Origin: Caldisphaera sp.
GTDB taxonomy: Archaea; Thermoproteota; Thermoprotei_A; Sulfolobales; Acidilobaceae
Reading direction: 5' to 3'
Assembly (NCBI GenBank): GCA_049971805.1
Contig: JBMFKU010000025.1
Span: 1-17,302, forward strand
DNA: 17,302 bases
Shown here: positions 16,537 to 17,302 of the stretch, piece by piece
Layout of the letters: each line of letters begins with the position of its first letter
Position numbering within the stretch: position 1 is the first letter of the stretch
Notes under the pieces: model-generated
Database searches by the model: none
The model's input: the letters and a program-made list of their open reading frames with translations, nothing else
What the model was told of the DNA's origin: nothing
Translations under genes and position numbers: made by a program

Positions 16537-17043
16537 ATGGAAGACATATTTTGTAGAATAGCCAAAGGTGAAGAAAAATCTTTCACAGCATATTCAGATG
16601 ATAAATTAATGGTAATAATGGATATATTTCCAATGTCAAAAGGACAAGCATTGGTTATACCAAAGCAACATTTTGTTTTCTTTTATGAAATGTCTAAAGA
16701 TCTTATACAGCATTTCTATTATATAGCAAATATAACTGGTAAGGCAATGATGAAATCATTTAATCCTAAAGCTATAGCTATGCTTGCGAGAGGCTTAAGG
16801 GTACCTCATTATCATTTAATATTAATGCCAATAAGAAATGGGGATATAAACGATAGATTTTTTTCTGTTTTAGATGCATATTCAGGTTTTCCAAAGATTT
16901 CGATCGATGAGCTAAGATCGAGGCTTGATTATTTTAATTCTTTAGTATTAGAAGGAAGACCGAAGGTTAGTGAAGAAGAACTTGAAAAGGATAGGGAAGC
17001 TTTAAGCAAAGCAATTAATGAAGAGCTGGAAAAATCCGATTAA
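16537..17043 (+). CDS. HIT-family protein with degenerate histidine triad
   Basis: DIFCRI.KGE, DIFP..KGQALVIPK.H, VPHYHLILMP (HxHxI instead of HxHxH). SD GGGTGA. Confidence 0.85.
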   Translation: MEDIFCRIAKGEEKSFTAYSDDKLMVIMDIFPMSKGQALVIPKQHFVFFYEMSKDLIQHFYYIANITGKAMMKSFNPKAIAMLARGLRVPHYHLILMPIRNGDINDRFFSVLDAYSGFPKISIDELRSRLDYFNSLVLEGRPKVSEEELEKDREALSKAINEELEKSD

Positions 17044-17142
17044 GGTTTATTTTCATAAAATATATATTTTAAGAAATACATAAGATTCACATATTTCTTT
17101 GTACTTCTTTAAATTCATATATGTTCTTGCAAATAAAAATTT

Positions 17143-17302
17143 CAGGCTCTAACTTCTTTTCCTACACAAAGGATTGTTAGAATTCCAAAATGTTATGTAT
17201 CTTTTCTTATTGTGATAGAGACTGTAATATTTTTAATAACTTCTAGATACTGCAGAAGGTACATAACTCCCAGCGATGTTGCAGAGATATTCGGCATGAG
17301 CA
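17143..17302 (+). mobile_element. Left end and 5' part of an IS607-family element (tnpA serine recombinase, N-terminal HTH), truncated by the window end
   Basis: The plus frame at 17254-17301 reads RRYITPSDVAEIFGMS, closely resembling the recalled N-terminus of Sulfolobales IS607 TnpA (MERYLTPSEVAEIFGMS...). The left boundary is approximate. Confidence 0.65.

Noticed and set aside
1-17302. CRISPR arrays, C/D-box sRNAs, tRNA intron, inteins, att repeat of tRNA-Ser
   Set aside because: By eye I found no spaced repeats, no convincing intergenic box C/box D pair, a normal 7-nt anticodon loop, normal protein lengths and no second copy of the tRNA 3' end. Weak signals could have been missed.

Overview
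Low-GC crenarchaeal DNA. The GGTGA/GGAGG SD sites, TATA boxes and Sulfolobales/Desulfurococcales-type proteins suggest Acidilobales (Caldisphaera-like), which is inference. 98-5045 is a conserved core block: rpoA''(3' part)-rpl30e-nusA-rps12-[antisense DUF151-like gene]-rps7-tuf(EF-1alpha)-rps10-tRNA-Ser(GGA), without EF-2. The first ~97 nt are not rpoA'' but an alanyl-tRNA synthetase fragment joined in frame over a 21-nt overlap, most likely a chimeric contig end. After the tRNA lies a decayed region: a multiply frameshifted ABC-2 permease pseudogene interrupted by a 44-bp IS200/IS605-derived mini-element. Next come carA-carB, preceded by a possible leaderless uORF. Converging on them is a tightly coupled 4-gene operon (ICL/PEP-mutase-family lyase, GlcG/HbpS protein, LeuC-like, LeuD-like) with a divergent beta-hydroxyacid dehydrogenase; this is the best candidate for an undescribed organic-acid catabolic pathway. 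The window ends with a solo ArsA/Get3 ATPase, a DUF996-like membrane protein, a HIT protein with a broken triad and the start of an IS607-family tnpA. All family calls come from motif recognition, not database searches.
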